Shown here piece after piece: positions 1-13,724 of a DNA stretch of 64,000 nt (position 1 is its first letter; every line of letters starts with the position of its first letter). The position numbers were made by a program, and so were the translations under genes. The notes below the pieces were generated by a model. It saw only the letters and a program-made list of their open reading frames with translations. It had not been told where the DNA came from and made no database searches. Source of the DNA: Phoronis australis (taxonomy: Eukaryota > Animalia > Phoronida); contig NMRA01000051.1 of the NCBI GenBank assembly GCA_002633005.1, forward strand, positions 561,273 to 625,272, given 5' to 3'.

Positions 1-354
1 CGGTATAAGCTAAGTTGGTAGTAACTTTGATTTAATTAATGACACAAAGTTCATTAATGTAAGTCTGGAAAATTAAATCTGATTACGAAAATTATTTATT
101 TATCGCTGGTTCCAAAACATTTGTGGTCATCTGAAAATGCAGTGATGTGTTTGCAATATTGTGCTTACAACTGCCTTGGCTACAACCACACTTAAGAAAT
201 TTGTTAAAATGGACACGTGAGTTTTTTCATAAAATGGGCTCCAGATGAAAACGTTCACTTCTAACCCTTGCGTACAAAAACAAAATTTGACATCAAAATT
301 ACAAAATCTACAGTGAACAAACTGAACAGTGAAGATCCATAGAAACATGATTAC

Positions 355-3300
355 CATCTGAAGGTGTTCTGCTTGGTTTCTCTTTCGCTATACTCATCTC
401 TGATTTGCTTCTTTTATTTTCTGGTTCTAACCTCGATCTGAAAAAAATGCCCCAAAGTAACTAGAATTTGCTACTTAAAAGTATACAACTCCTGAACTTT
501 TCCCAACTTTACTGACCAGTACATTACAGAAAACCTGGAACAGGATAAAAATTGCAAACCATCCATTTGCTTACCATATTATGACCTTCGCGGGCAAATA
601 TGGGACAAGCTGCAGACACCATTTCTACACAAAAGATTTGATAAATCCCAGAATTTATTTAGGCCAACGTACCAAAATGTCCAGGTTTGCGTTCCGTAGA
701 TGCAAGACACTTGCCAGTAAAGCAAGAGTGACCATGGACTTTGATTGATATCTCACAATCACTTGTGTGATCTTGTGTATTTTTGTGAATTTCTTGCCTC
801 CACACAAAGTAGCTCTGGATTAAGGTGCATGCTCTTACAAGCCAAACTTTGAATGAGTAAAAGCAAGGAACAAAATTTTGAGCATACCATTTGAGTGAAA
901 CTCGACTCAAAAGACATCCGTTATGTAAACATCAGTCTATCTTGACATAACTTCTAGCATTAACTATATGAAGAATATTAAAAATAGACAAAAGATACTC
1001 ATAAAACAATATGAATACAGAGGATTGTCACCTGTGTCTGAAAGTGAAATTTAGCTGCATGTGTCTCTGAACGAAACAGTTGACCAAAAATTTTTTAAAT
1101 GACTAGTGTGTTCAGGCACATTAGCCTATAAATGCTCATATATGGTAAGATATGCAAAATGGCATTCAGAGACAAGACAGTACAGATGGACAAAATGTTC
1201 TTATTGATACACGAACAGCAATGCATCTGTCTGACATATACCCATAATTCAATAAGTTTGTTACGTACATCCTTTTCCTGTCAACTGCTCTCTTCACCCT
1301 CACAACACGCTGTTCACTGTATATATGGTAAGATATGCAAAATGGCATTCAGAGACAAGACAGTACAGATGGACAAAATGTTCTTATTGATACACGAACA
1401 GCAATGCATCTGTCTGACATATACCCATAATTCAATAAGTTTGTTACGTACATCCTTTTCCTGTCAACTGCTCTCTTCACCCTCACAGCACGCTGTTCAC
1501 TGTATATCCTACATACTTCTGAAATATCAGAATGCCCAATGCGATTAGTTGGAATTAGGCCAACACTTTAAAAAAATTGAATTTTGTTTAAATTACTGTG
1601 CAAAGGTTTAGAACTGAATCAAAATTTTAAGGTTAAAAAAATGAATAAAAAATGCTTCAATTAGAAATTGAAACGCCAAGTTATGACATCACTGACTGTG
1701 ACTGGCATGTACTGCTGTTGGCTACTGAATTACTGCAAAATCCAGCTTTAAGTCTGATAGTTTGATTTTATCATTGATAGAGAAATGCTTACAAGACCAG
1801 TTCATACTTTAAGTAATAAAATTTGTAGCCGAGTAAAAAATTTAATCAAGAAGCATGTTTCACCTTAAAATTCTCACAGTAAAAACTGACTTATCTAAGA
1901 TGTCATAAAGGGAGACACAACCACAATTTTTAATTGCAGAAGGAAACGTCTGCATAAGCCTCTGAAATGGAATACTAATGGCGTTTTTTAGTTTGTATTT
2001 TTTTGGTCACAGGACTCCCCCGAAATCCACCTGTGGTAAATAATAACAGTTATTAAGTGGTTACCACTTAAAGAACCTGTGTATTAGTAACACACATCAT
2101 CCACTACTGACAATGCAGTAACATGCAAAACTCTATGTAAGTCCCCACTTAGTATTAGACATTGAAAAGCTAAAACAACACACACAAGTATGCTAAGCTA
2201 TAACACCTTTTAAATATTCATCCATCAGATGTAAAACCACCTCCCGGTGTTCTCGTTCTTGACTTCCAACATGTTGTTTATGAACTGGAAAGTATAAAAA
2301 CATGCATTTACTATTTTTAGATGAAAGATCTTCCAAAGGGCGAGCGCAGATGGATAGCTTCAAGCTCAGCTGGCTATCTCAACTGAAAGTTAACTGAGCT
2401 TGCAGCTCATATCAAGTCATGAAAAAAATGGAATGAACTAGCAGCTAGTTCATCCAATTTTAGTCACCTTGATATGAGCTGAGAGCTCAGCTAAAGTTCA
2501 GTTGAGGCAACTGGCCAAGCTTGTAACTCTCAGTCTGCACTGGTCTTAACATAACATGTTACACCAAATATATGATTCCTGAAAAGAACATTCTTTCACT
2601 TTCTCGAAGTTTTGAATATAATAAATTCACATTCAAGCAGCAAGTAGTGTTTTCCAATATAACCAATGCAAAAGAAAGCCAATAATTACCTGACTGAATA
2701 CTCAGCATATTTTTCATAAGATCGACACTAATTCTTTTTGTAAGTTTTGAAATAACACTTAATAAACTATAGATTTGCAGCATTGCAAAATTCATAATGC
2801 TGTGTACAAATATAGCATGAACACAACTAATCTATCTTAACCCGTCACACACCAAGCTGCAAGCAATTCTGAACGTTTAAGTTTGAAAATTTGCAAGCTC
2901 ATACTGACAGTTTTTCACTTCAGCAAAGAACAGTTATCTTGACAAATAAGACCCAGTATCTGACGAATATTAATCAAATGTATTGAAAAGTTCCTAGTGA
3001 CCAACGTTGAAGACAATACCTTCTTGTTTGAATGCATTCATCGCCTCTTGGCAAGTTCGGATGAACACTTGAGCATCGGCATCAATCTTGTCACGCTCAG
3101 TATCAGTCATGGTATCATTTACTGTTAACAGGTGACTAGAAAAGATGGACAGCACGGGTTTAACCCACGAACTGATTATATGGCAAGTCTCAACAACAAG
3201 AAATAAAAGCATTTTGACGACTATTTAGCCCATAATATGGTATCGCTGAAGAGAAGAAATTTTTATACAAATTCTTAATAACAAGAGCAATACGTAGCGT

Positions 3301-5413
3301 TGAAATGCTCCCATGACAAATGATGTGCTTTTGTGGGTGTTTTAAGTATCATGAAAATAGCCATTAGATGGCGTTGAATGTGTCAAACCCATCCGAATTG
3401 AGAAGGTGGCGCGCCTTCTCTGTAAAAATACACAACTATTTGCCAAATTTCATGAAAATAAGCCAAGGAACTCCTAACATACACAGGCAAACCTAAAAAA
3501 CAATTGACACTAGGGGGCACAGCTATAGTCCGATTGGTCTGAAAATCATTGTCATCTGTTGCCATCTCTACACGAGTCCATCTGCCAAATTTCACAAAGA
3601 TCCTTCAAAGAGTTAAGGAGATGCAGCCGTAGACCCAAGAAAGCAAAATTGCCCCTAGGGGGCACCATAATTCTCGAAAACATCCGGAAATGTGGGTGCA
3701 TAACAGTATGGAAACCGTACTTCACCTTAATTTGGTTCAAACTACACGTTTCAAAACAACCATTCACAAAATTTTGAATTTTTGTCAAAAGGAAGCTGTT
3801 GACCTTTTACAAATCACAAATTTTGAGATTTGTGATGCTGGACTATTGAATTGAGTTATCTCAACAGACTATCCCAGAGCACAGTGGAAACTTCATGGCA
3901 CGGTGATCACAAAGCATGTATAGAGTTATCGTCGTGGAATATATTACATCTCCATCTAATTTAAAGGTTTGAGTGAACTGTAGGTGGAACAGTTACTGTA
4001 AGTTCACAACAAAGTACTCTATCGCCACCTGGTGATAAGCCGTATAACTTTTATAAACTTGCTGTGCTCTATACTGTGTCAGAAAATGACTGTTATCACC
4101 TAAGACTTACCTGGATGCGCTGATGTAGGATTTCCTGTGCTCCAGGAGGAACTTTCTTAATTGTGACACATTCTTTACCTGTTGAATGAATTGAACATTT
4201 GATGATATGGCGAGATTATACTGTTTGTATGTTATTACGTTGAACTGTGGGCCAATGGCCCTTTGAGTTTTGAAGTAAATGTTTTGTAGTTATTGTTGAA
4301 TGGCCTTAAATAACACTGACAGATCGTTTAATTTCATGATTATTATTATTACTAAGCAACAAAATGCTATGCTCCCTGGCCCCTCCTCCTAAATCCACTT
4401 ATGATCAATTGCAAACCATGTCTGATCACCCAAATGGCTGTTGCAATATAGTTTTATTGCTGTTTCTGGCATAACTGCTAAAGGTCAAATGACAAAATGT
4501 TAAGTGCCACTGCTGAGACTGAAAATCGGCATCTCAACCATTAAGCACAGTTACCGGTAATTGGATTGGAAAGGAAAGAGAACATAGTTTACTCAAACCA
4601 GGGAATATGTTAGGAAACAGAAAATTTTCAAATAGCTTTTATAGCAAGTGAATATCCCAAATTGAACAAAAATATCTCCAGATAAGGTAACAATCTCCAT
4701 TTAAGAATATCTTGTATACAAAAATTGGATGTTTTTACACTATTTAAGTTTTGTAGATTAGCAAAATACGATGCCGGTGAAAACGAAAACAAAACCTCGT
4801 TTATGATCCTGAGGAAGTTGTAAAAGTGTTTGCATGCATACGACCGTTGAGAACGAATGCACCGAGTCCGAGTCGCTATACACTGGCTCTGTGACGACAG
4901 CAATGGAAGTTAAAATTCCAGTACTGGACAGCTAGTTAAGATCAATGTAGCCTGTTCTAGATGTCCAGCACCAGATGCTTAGCCACGAGCGCCGGATGCA
5001 CTACCCATCCGGCGTTACAGCACGGCTAGTAATGTAAGTTCAAGTCCGGATGCCAAGCCACGCGCATCTGATGCACTTTCCTTCTGCTCTTCTGGTATCA
5101 GACAGCTAGTCACAGCTTTAAATCACTCATGATAAGTAATAAAGTAAGTTCATTGACGCAATGTGAGTTTACATTAATACCTTGACTTTGGACGGTCAAA
5201 GCTAGTTGGCTGCTGGACAAAGTTAACAGAAATGTTCGCACACTTTACTGTACTCATCTTGCTCACCAATTCGTGCGCTTTAGAAGAAAAGTCACTTTTC
5301 TGATGATGCGTCTTCTTCAATATGTCCGTGGGTTTGTCTTTTGAAAGTCCCTGTGCTTTGTGCCTAGCCTTTAGGGCCTTTACTGTGGCTTTAAAAAGAG
5401 GAGTAACTTCCAT
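355..5413 (-). CDS. STX18: Syntaxin-18 (ER Qa-SNARE), exons 1-6; gene continues off the left edge
   Basis: Phase-consistent GT-AG exons: 5267-5413 (MEVTPLFKATVKALK...), 4111-4178 (VKNVSQLRKFLLEHRKSYI), 3020-3135 (MTDTERDKIDADAQVFIRTC), 2207-2284 (QEREHREVVLHLMDEYLK), 1452-1518 (VCRIYSEQRAVRVKRAVDRKR), 355-437 (SRLEPE). These motifs match the syntaxin-18 N-terminal region. Confidence 0.93.
1138..1507. repeat. 183-bp near-perfect tandem duplication containing the 3' part of STX18 exon 5 and its donor
   Basis: Copies 1138-1320 and 1321-1503 differ by one substitution that I could see (cacaacacg vs cacagcacg). ATAT microhomology at the junction. Confidence 0.9.
2338..2547. mobile_element. ~210-bp imperfect foldback palindrome (MITE-like) in STX18 intron 3
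   Basis: Arms ctcaactgaa..tgagct..cagctcatatcaag..atgaactagc and gctagttcat..cttgatatgagctg..agctca..ttcagttgag, centred near 2442. Confidence 0.65.
3280..3703 (+). mobile_element. HINE/DINE-1-like non-autonomous element, family A copy 1
   Basis: Starts AACAAGAG..AGCGTTGAAAT and ends TGTGGGTGCATAA. Internal modules (aaattgccactagggggcac..gatc..aaatttcatgaa) are shared with copies at ~31.6-32.6 kb and 58.5-59.8 kb. Confidence 0.65.
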
Positions 5414-5748
5414 AATTTCTATGCCCTTTGTTTGAAAGGTTTTTGATAAACAAAATCGTTCTGCAGCAGTGCGTAACTGCCACGCAAGTAGTTATCAGTT
5501 ATCTTGACTCAATTTACAATTCACCACTTCCGCTTTGCCTCGAGTAAGCTTGAGGTGTAAATTAATGAACAATCTGTTTCGAAATCAGAAACGATTTTTG
5601 AGTATTCAGACAACAAAAACAATAAAAAGCAATACAAATCTCTATGAAATAGACACTTAAATGCGCAAGACTGAAAAACATGTTTATGTTATGTTTTTCA
5701 TCAAAAACAATAAACTGAGCACTTTCACGACAAGTATACTGGAAAGAA
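5414..5748. promoter_or_regulatory. Compact bidirectional promoter of STX18/TM2D2
   Basis: The start codons diverge with only 335 bp between them. ETS-like CACTTCCGC at 5525-5533. Confidence 0.7.
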
Positions 5749-8700
5749 ATGGTGTCTTCCGGTTTGGTCGCATCTTTTGTCGTTTTTATCATTTGTCTTC
5801 AAGTGACTCTGTTTACTCGGTTATTTACCAATGCATCTGAAGTCAGTTGTGTTAACGGCACATGCAATCCTACGTTCGACCCGTTATCACCTCTAATAAA
5901 GTGCGATTATGTGTAAGTGGTACTGTAAATAACACTGTGGTAAATTATTGCTTCGGTTTCGCCAGATCAGATGATTCAGATGTTCGTGGCCCTGCCTGGT
6001 TTTGTCAAAAACTCAATATTTTTTCCATTCCTCACTCCTGGTGTATTCAGTTGCTGTACACCTACACGAAGTTGGTTGTGCTTTGACCACGAATTTCTTG
6101 CGAACTCGGTGGAGCAGAACACCGTAAATGGTATTGGGAGAAAGAACAATTCCTCATGGTTTGTTGAACATCTGTTTTGTGTAAATTTATGGAGTTTTAT
6201 GTTTGCTATGGATGGCTGAAGTGGAATGTCTAGTCCGGAGTGTCATACCTTGTAGTATTATAAAAAATGACTGTATTGGGGACCATCAGAAGCTGAGGAC
6301 GCCTGCGAATGGTGCATACTCCTGTTTCTTGGATTTTGTTAACCCACCTAAGATTGATACCTGGGAATACAAAATAGCCACTCAATGAAAATACTCTCCT
6401 GAAATTATGCTCGAGTTGAGGAGGGAAAAGCCTTCTCTAGAAAAGGGAAAACATCCCCATTTCACTACCAGCATTGGTGGATGTACTCCCCAAACAGAAA
6501 GAGTGAGATATGTGCACCTGCCATCAAGGCAATGGACATACCTAACTAGCTGGGCAATTGAGTGTGTATATTCTACTGACTGACCCATCATAAACCTATG
6601 AACTAGCTATTTTACTCGAAAAGACACAACTTTTTTACTCTGCAATTGGGGTGATTTTCGACATGATTTTTTTTAATACATGTCCATAAATCATGCTAAA
6701 CTATACCTTACTTTGCGACTTTTTCTTTGGACGTTTTTAGCACGTGTGTGGAAAAGCTGCACTGCATGAATTTTATTTACACATTTTGAGATCTTCTTAA
6801 ATTTGACAATTTCTAGAAATCAGTCTCAAATCATTTTCTAACTTTTCATTAAGTCCTGCTTCTTCCATCTCAGTTTAATTACAAACAACAGGGGGAGCTG
6901 TGGCTAGCAGATTAAGTAGCCCCTTTAATACATTCATCTTAACAGAAACTAAATAAATTACGTTGTCCAGATAAGTGGAGCACAACTTACCAATTGTTTA
7001 CAGATTTCTGATGCCAAATACATGTACCACAGATGATAAGGTGCACACATCATGCCCTGAAAATTGTTGACATCATTCATGGATTTCTCACCAGAGTTAG
7101 TTATACACCACTGTTAACTCTACCTAAGGGAGAACTCTCACGCGTCAACAACAACTCTGATTTTTGGAAAATTCCCCAAGTGTGTTTTGTCACAATTATG
7201 CAAATTGTGTCAGTCAACTGGCAAAAATAAGTTGTGTGGATCACCAACAGCAGGCAGCAGGCAATTTTTTTTGCACTTGACAAATACTTCAGAAGCATTT
7301 TCAGTTTTAGACAATTAATAATAAATATATTCTAAAATATCCATATCACTTCTATTTTCAAGGACTTACTTAATGCATGCTCATCACTTTACAACTGCTG
7401 TTTCTAGGACCTGTATTATTGTTGTTAATAAGATTAGAAAAATTTACTTTCAAGAAAGTATTTCTATTATGAAATTTGACAAATATTAGTGAAGCATTTA
7501 CAAAACCATAAAGTAATAATGGACCCAACTCATTACAATAGTTTGATTGACTGCAGCCCACAGTTTTGGTCACCTACGATGAATATTGCCTTTTACTCAG
7601 TGTTAGTTCTTCCGGCTACGTTAATTCAACTGAAATGTTGTACATTTCAAAACATAAAATATGTTTTTGGAAAACTGTAATCTGGCTGCAGTATCTGAAT
7701 GCATCATTTCAGGCACGAAGACTTCCTTGACTGCGACCCGCCAGTAAAATTAAATGGTAATGAAACAGCGAAAAAAGAGCTTGGATATGGTTGTGTGAAG
7801 GTAATATAAAGTTTATCATTCTGTTGTCACCTCCATGCTGCAACACAAAATGGGGCATCATGCTGTTGTCACCTCCATGCTGCAACACAAAATGGGGCAT
7901 AACTGCCTTTTGTTGCCTCATATTTTGTGCCTTATGTTAAAATGTCACCAATTTCGGACACAATATGGCAGACAAGATAATTTTTGTCATCTTGTTAATA
8001 GAAAATATTAAGTAGTACCCGATGAATGCTTTGTCAACAATATTGAAAGCTTTTACTGACCAACACATTTTCCAGGCTTTAAATCGAGGAAAATTGATGC
8101 AACTTTTTCCTATAGTCGTGCATGAAGAAAACGCCCTTTAGTTGGTACTTACATAAGAACATGATGAACTTGACTTTAAATTATCGTAGGACAACTTCCA
8201 ACCGTCACCATATTCCAATGTAATATTTTACATCTGTATGTTATATTGGAAAATTGTTTGTAAAAGCTTAGTAAAATACTTTCCCATATACGGATACATT
8301 GTTTTTTGATATATACCATCATTTCATCATTAAAGTATTTCTTTGCTGTCATCTTACACACTCTTCTCTCTTGTGGGAGGTAGGCTGACGTTGTATTATC
8401 TTGGACATTGTGAAAATTGCTCCTAGTTTTGCTGTTTTGTGTTCATATTATGCACTTTTTGTGCTCTATTGTCAGGTTACAAATAAAATGTTTTGAGATA
8501 TACTTGTGATTTGTACTCAGTCATGTACAGATCTTTTACTTCTATTTATTTTCTAGTTTGGTGGGGAAAGGTACGAGGAAGTTGAGCAGACAGCAGTGTG
8601 GTGTAAGGTGTTAGATGGGATTGAGTGTTTTGGTGAACGGCGATTTCTGAAAGACGGTGTTCCCTGTATCAAGTAAGTCAATTGGCGCAGCCTGCATGCG

Positions 8701-10560
8701 AAATGTGTGTGTTATTAATACATTTTTGTGCAGGATGGAACGTATTCACACAATTAACGTTAGTGTTTGAGAAATATGTTTGGTTTGCATCATAAAGGCA
8801 TTCATTACAGTATATATATATATAGTTTTAAACAACTCTTGCCTTCCCAGAAGTACAAGCATCTAGGATTAGGAAAATTAGTGGAGTCTACACTGTCAGA
8901 CATTTTTTACTGCATTCTAATGATATTCTGAATTGAAAATCTGCATCTGCCATTCCATCTTTACTGCAAATTATTGGGAGGGAGGCCCATGCCCTTGACC
9001 TCCTGAAGGTTGTGCTGCAATATGGAAGGACGGATGTTACAACAGACTGTTGGTCTTGAACCCTATAAGGCTGTCGAGAATTTTTAAATGGTTCAAACAA
9101 ATTCCGTGAAGTTACTATTTAAAGTCTTCTAAAAAGTTTTGTATGGTGAGGGCAAATGACGCTGAAGGAAACAACACCAGTTTTAAAAAATAAAATGTAT
9201 TGTATCTTTTTTGATAGATAGCCAATTGAAAAGTGTAAATAGGGGTGCATTACCTAATGATCAGTGAAACGTAGTGAAACTTTGGTTTTTTAGAGGGCTA
9301 ACTCCCCACTGTTTTAGATGGCATCCTTAAAATTTGAAATATCTGCATTGTATTGGACATGACTTTTTGAACTTTCTCCTAATAATGTGCCTGTTTAGTA
9401 CATAGAATTTATTATGAGCACTTTTTGTGCTTTAGGTACACAGGACATTATTTTGTCAGTACCCTCATTTATTCTGTGCTGCTTGGATTCTTGGGATTGG
9501 ACAGATTCTGCCTCGGCCACACTGGTAAGAGCACTTAAACCTTTTACCCTTGACCTGTTGCTGTATTTTTGTCAGTAAACGGAATTTAACACAGACTAGA
9601 ATTTATTTCCAAAACCACACATTGAATCAGTTACGTGGCCTGACGTATTTGTCATTTTTGACTGGTCACAACCTTAAAGCTCCAATTGCTGACATCAAAT
9701 CATGTCAGAGCCCTTCAAATTTTTCTTGTAACACTGGTGACATTTATACCCAGTCACAAGTTTACGGCCCAAAAACTTGAAGCTAGCTGCAGAGGCTTCA
9801 GATAACTGTACTCAATCCATAGTATAAACATGTTAACTTAAGTATGCTACCTCTGCGTCTTAAAAACCTTGGAAAGTCCTAGACTAAAACGTTTCCATAC
9901 CAAGATAGAGGTCTTTGAAAACAGTACTAAGCTTGACTTCAGTGTACTTTTGCCTGGGCTATGTTTCTTGAAAAGTCTATTGACTTTTGGCTTTTGACTT
10001 TTATCTGGAAATTAGTCTACGATTGGCCAAGCCTGTTTCATGAAAAGGTGCTATGACTGAAAGTCAGATAATCTGTCAACAACTCGGAAGTCAAACGATG
10101 TATTAAATCCATAGTCTGCTCAACCAGACAGAAGACGAAACGTTTCGAGACCTAAAATCAACTTTTGGCTATTGCTAGTCAGATTTATGTCGTTTGGCTA
10201 TCAAGGAAAAATACTAAAGCCTATAATTCTTCGAGAAACAGTGGTGTTAGAGAAGAAATATCCCTTAGTTACCATCTGTATCCAGCCTGAGATGACAGAA
10301 AACATGTGTGTTTACCAGCATGGCAGCATAGGGGTTTAGTGTGATCTGTACGCATGCATTTCAACAAGTGGGGCTGTTTCACTTGCACCATCGAGTGGAT
10401 TTCGAGCTCCTCATTTTCACTAATTCTACTTTCAGGTACCGCAGTCGGCAAGTTGTTGACTCTCGGAGGTGTTGGCATATGGTGGATTGTGGATGTCATT
10501 CTCCTAGTAACTGGAGGTCTGATGCCAGCAGATGGCAGTAACTGGGTGCCATATTATTGA
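5749..10560 (+). CDS. TM2D2: TM2 domain-containing protein 2 (193 aa)
   Basis: Exons 5749-5912 (signal peptide..[12 protein letters not shown]), 7713-7800 ([29 protein letters not shown]), 8557-8672 ([30 protein letters not shown]), 9436-9524 ([29 protein letters not shown]), 10436-10560 ([41 protein letters not shown]). Total 582 nt in frame. Confidence 0.95.
7818..7900. repeat. 42-bp tandem duplication just downstream of the TM2D2 exon 2 donor
   Basis: ctgttgtcacctccatgctgcaacacaaaatggggcat occurs twice. Confidence 0.85.
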
Positions 10561-12100
10561 CTGTCTTGCTTGTTGGAGGCAGTGAGGAGTGGTTGGAGAC
10601 ATGAAAGCACATGTTCCAGGGATAATCGCCATTACTGAGATGTGTGGTTGGACACAGTGAAGTACGCAACTTAGTGCGTACATTCAGATATGAGCAAAAA
10701 GTGCGACTGCATGGGCAATGCTGGGTGATGCTGCGGTGTTGGAAGTTCTGTTGGCATCTGGTTTGAACCATCTTGCTCAGAAAGTGAAATTGAGGAAAAT
10801 CAAGATTTTCAGATCTTGAAAATTGTTTCACTGCTCTTCTGAACTTCAAATTATTGTTTTCTGTTCACTTAATATTGGTTTACGCATTTCATGTCACTTG
10901 TAACATGTGGTGTGAATTACAGCAAAAACATGTCAGTTGGCTGCCATATGACCCACCTTCAGTTCCTAACTTGATTATAGTTACTTAACTGGTCTCAAGT
11001 TGTTCTAAACTCACATTTAGATTACTAGGCATTGAGAAATTTCTTATTGCTCTAGACCAGGACAATAAGTTGGCATCTCCAAATTTACATTGCGTGCGAT
11101 ACTGGAAGGAGGAGGGCCAGAGACTATCCTGGTGCCTACCCTCTGACGTCACCACAGAAACAGAAACAGAAACAGTTGGCTTGGCCCAAGCATGGCCTCA
11201 AGCAATAAAAAAATAATTTGTATAAATTCTCCAAGCTCAAAAATCAATTGGATTTTAGTGAGAAACAATTTGAGGCCACTTTTAAGTACGGTGAAGCGGT
11301 CTTAATGGTTATTTTTGACAATAGATGGATTATAATACTCACTTGTGGCTTATATGTACCGAGTCCCCAAAGGAGTATTTATAAACTTTTCCTATTAGCA
11401 ATGTGTAATATTTGAAAATCTATTTTTAATTTAGATTTAGCTAAAGTAAAAGTTCGTGATATAACCTTGCGTTGCTGAATTTTTTTGTTTCTGTGCACTG
11501 GCTGCACTGATGTGTTGCAGTACTGTCTGGGCAGGCGGTAATTCTACATTGCATAGGTCTAGATACAGGCTGGTAGACAAGAGCTTGGTGCTCTTTTTGC
11601 TACTTCACCTGCCAAATGTTCACAAGACTCTTATAAATCTCCATTGACAGGAACCTTAACTTCAGGCATTGATGTATGCACCAGTCACAATAGTGATGGT
11701 CCTGACATTGTGTTTAGTTTGCAAATACTTCACATGTTCGAGAGAATCATCGAAGGTAGCAACGGTGATGGTCTTAACTTTCTTTTGTGCAGAAAACCTT
11801 GTTGTACACAGAAGGGGTTGGATTTCTCATTATTCTTAACAGTGTTTCAAGTGCAAACTGGGCAGCATTCCATTGACTACTCATCAAGTTTCTTTCCAGA
11901 AAAGCAAGATCCTTAAGACCATGCAAAATCACATGCCGAGTGAAAAACAAGTATTTTGCAAGTATGCTCAAACCTTAATGACGTAACCTAGCAAAATGGT
12001 CACCACTGAAGTGATTGCTTCATGGAATATTGAATTACGAGAAAAAAATTCACAAATTATGTGATAAAATTCACAGTTTCCATTACTCACAAGTGCAAGC

Positions 12101-12356
12101 TAATGTCATAGGAATGTAGCCCCAGTCACTCTTGTCAGCCATGTCCAAGCTGTCATGGGAAGGCAGCCACAGTCACTCTGGTCAGCCCTGTCCAAACTAA
12201 TGTCATGGGAACATAGCCACAGTCACTCTGGTCAGCCCTGTCCAAACTAATGTCATGGGAACATAGCCACAGTCACTCTGGTCAGCCATGTCCTAACTAA
12301 TGCCATGGGAACGCAGCCACAGTCACTCTGGTCAGCCATGTCCAAGTGTTGCCATG
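12101..12356. repeat. ~49-bp minisatellite, about 5 copies, between the convergent TM2D2 and AP5S1 3' ends
   Basis: Unit taatgtcatgggaacatagccacagtcactctggtcagccctgtccaaac. Confidence 0.88.
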
Positions 12357-13724
12357 ACTGCACTTTTCATTCAGCATCATATATCATGATTTGTATATAC
12401 TCATTCATTTGTCATCCCCTTGTCATCTTAATTTATTATTATTTTCCATTTACATCCTTTGACTACGCTGTAAATAAGATTCGACTTAGAATGTGTATCT
12501 GTATGATTTTGCTCAGGAAATAAAAATATTAAATTTCTGTATTTTTGTTGCATAATACATGAAAAGAAACAATGCCATCAGTTGAAACAGAAAAGAACTT
12601 TTTTTGTTTGACATTTATTTTACTTTGTTTGAAAATACATAAGCTTGAGCACCGTTTTTCTTAATGGAATGATTGTTTGCACACTGGGTCTTCTAGCAAC
12701 TTATAGGCAACATGGCACAAGTCGAGTAGTCTATGTAAACATGCAGAACAAGTTTTAACATATTTCATTCATCAACCTGTCTATAGTCCAGTGAACCAGT
12801 GATATTGTTCAATACAATTACTATTAAAACTTATTAACAGTATTTCTCCAAGTCAATGGCCATCCTTGAAATTTCCAAATTTTATCATTTAAATACACAT
12901 GCTTAGTTGCCCACAATGTTTATATACCCCAAAAGGTACTTAAAGTGTGATGTCACTGGACGCTGAGGGTAGTCTTGGAGATTCCACCAACTTGGTACTT
13001 ATTCTTGACATGTCTCTATTGGAAAAAGCTCTGAGTTGTAACAGTATGATTGATAAAACTCTAAGAAAACGCGTGGTTTGTACGCTATAATCAGTATGGT
13101 TCCCTGATGCTTTGACATGAGCTTCGCCTTTCGTTGAACTTAACTGTTTTGAATAAATGTGTTCAGTAAGTGTAAGTGAACAGGCCTCCGCCATATTGTT
13201 CATCTTCGATTGGAGTGTCACACAAGCACTTTCTGTCCCTATTCAAGTGCTGTGGTATGTTAACCTTACAATGTTTTAAAGAACCTCAGTCCATTAATTT
13301 AGTACAAATCATTGGTATTTTTAACTCCATGATATTTAACAGACAACTGTTTTTGTTTCTTCCACATAACTCTCGCACAGATGAATTTCACATCCCTAAC
13401 TCAAAACAAACTATCTGGCTTTGACACATCAATTTGCACATTTCCTTTGGTCGCCATTACATGCTCAAACATGAGCATACGTCATAACTCATAAATCCGC
13501 TGTTACCATGGTTGCGAAGGCAATGCTTTGAGTGAGGTGATGTGCAATTTCAGCAATTTGAAATTAGGGGAAGATAAAAGTTAGAAACAAAATTTCCCCT
13601 TAGGCTAAAATAAACTTGCATTTTTTTAGCTTGGCCGTATCAAAATAAAGCAAAAACAGCCTCTCACAAAGATCCCTCCAACATAATGTTTCCCAGAACT
13701 AAATCTTCAGGCTCAGCACACTAT

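Noticed and set aside
1132-1548. 138-aa plus-strand ORF with an internal repeat
   Set aside because: Antisense reading of the 183-bp duplication in STX18.
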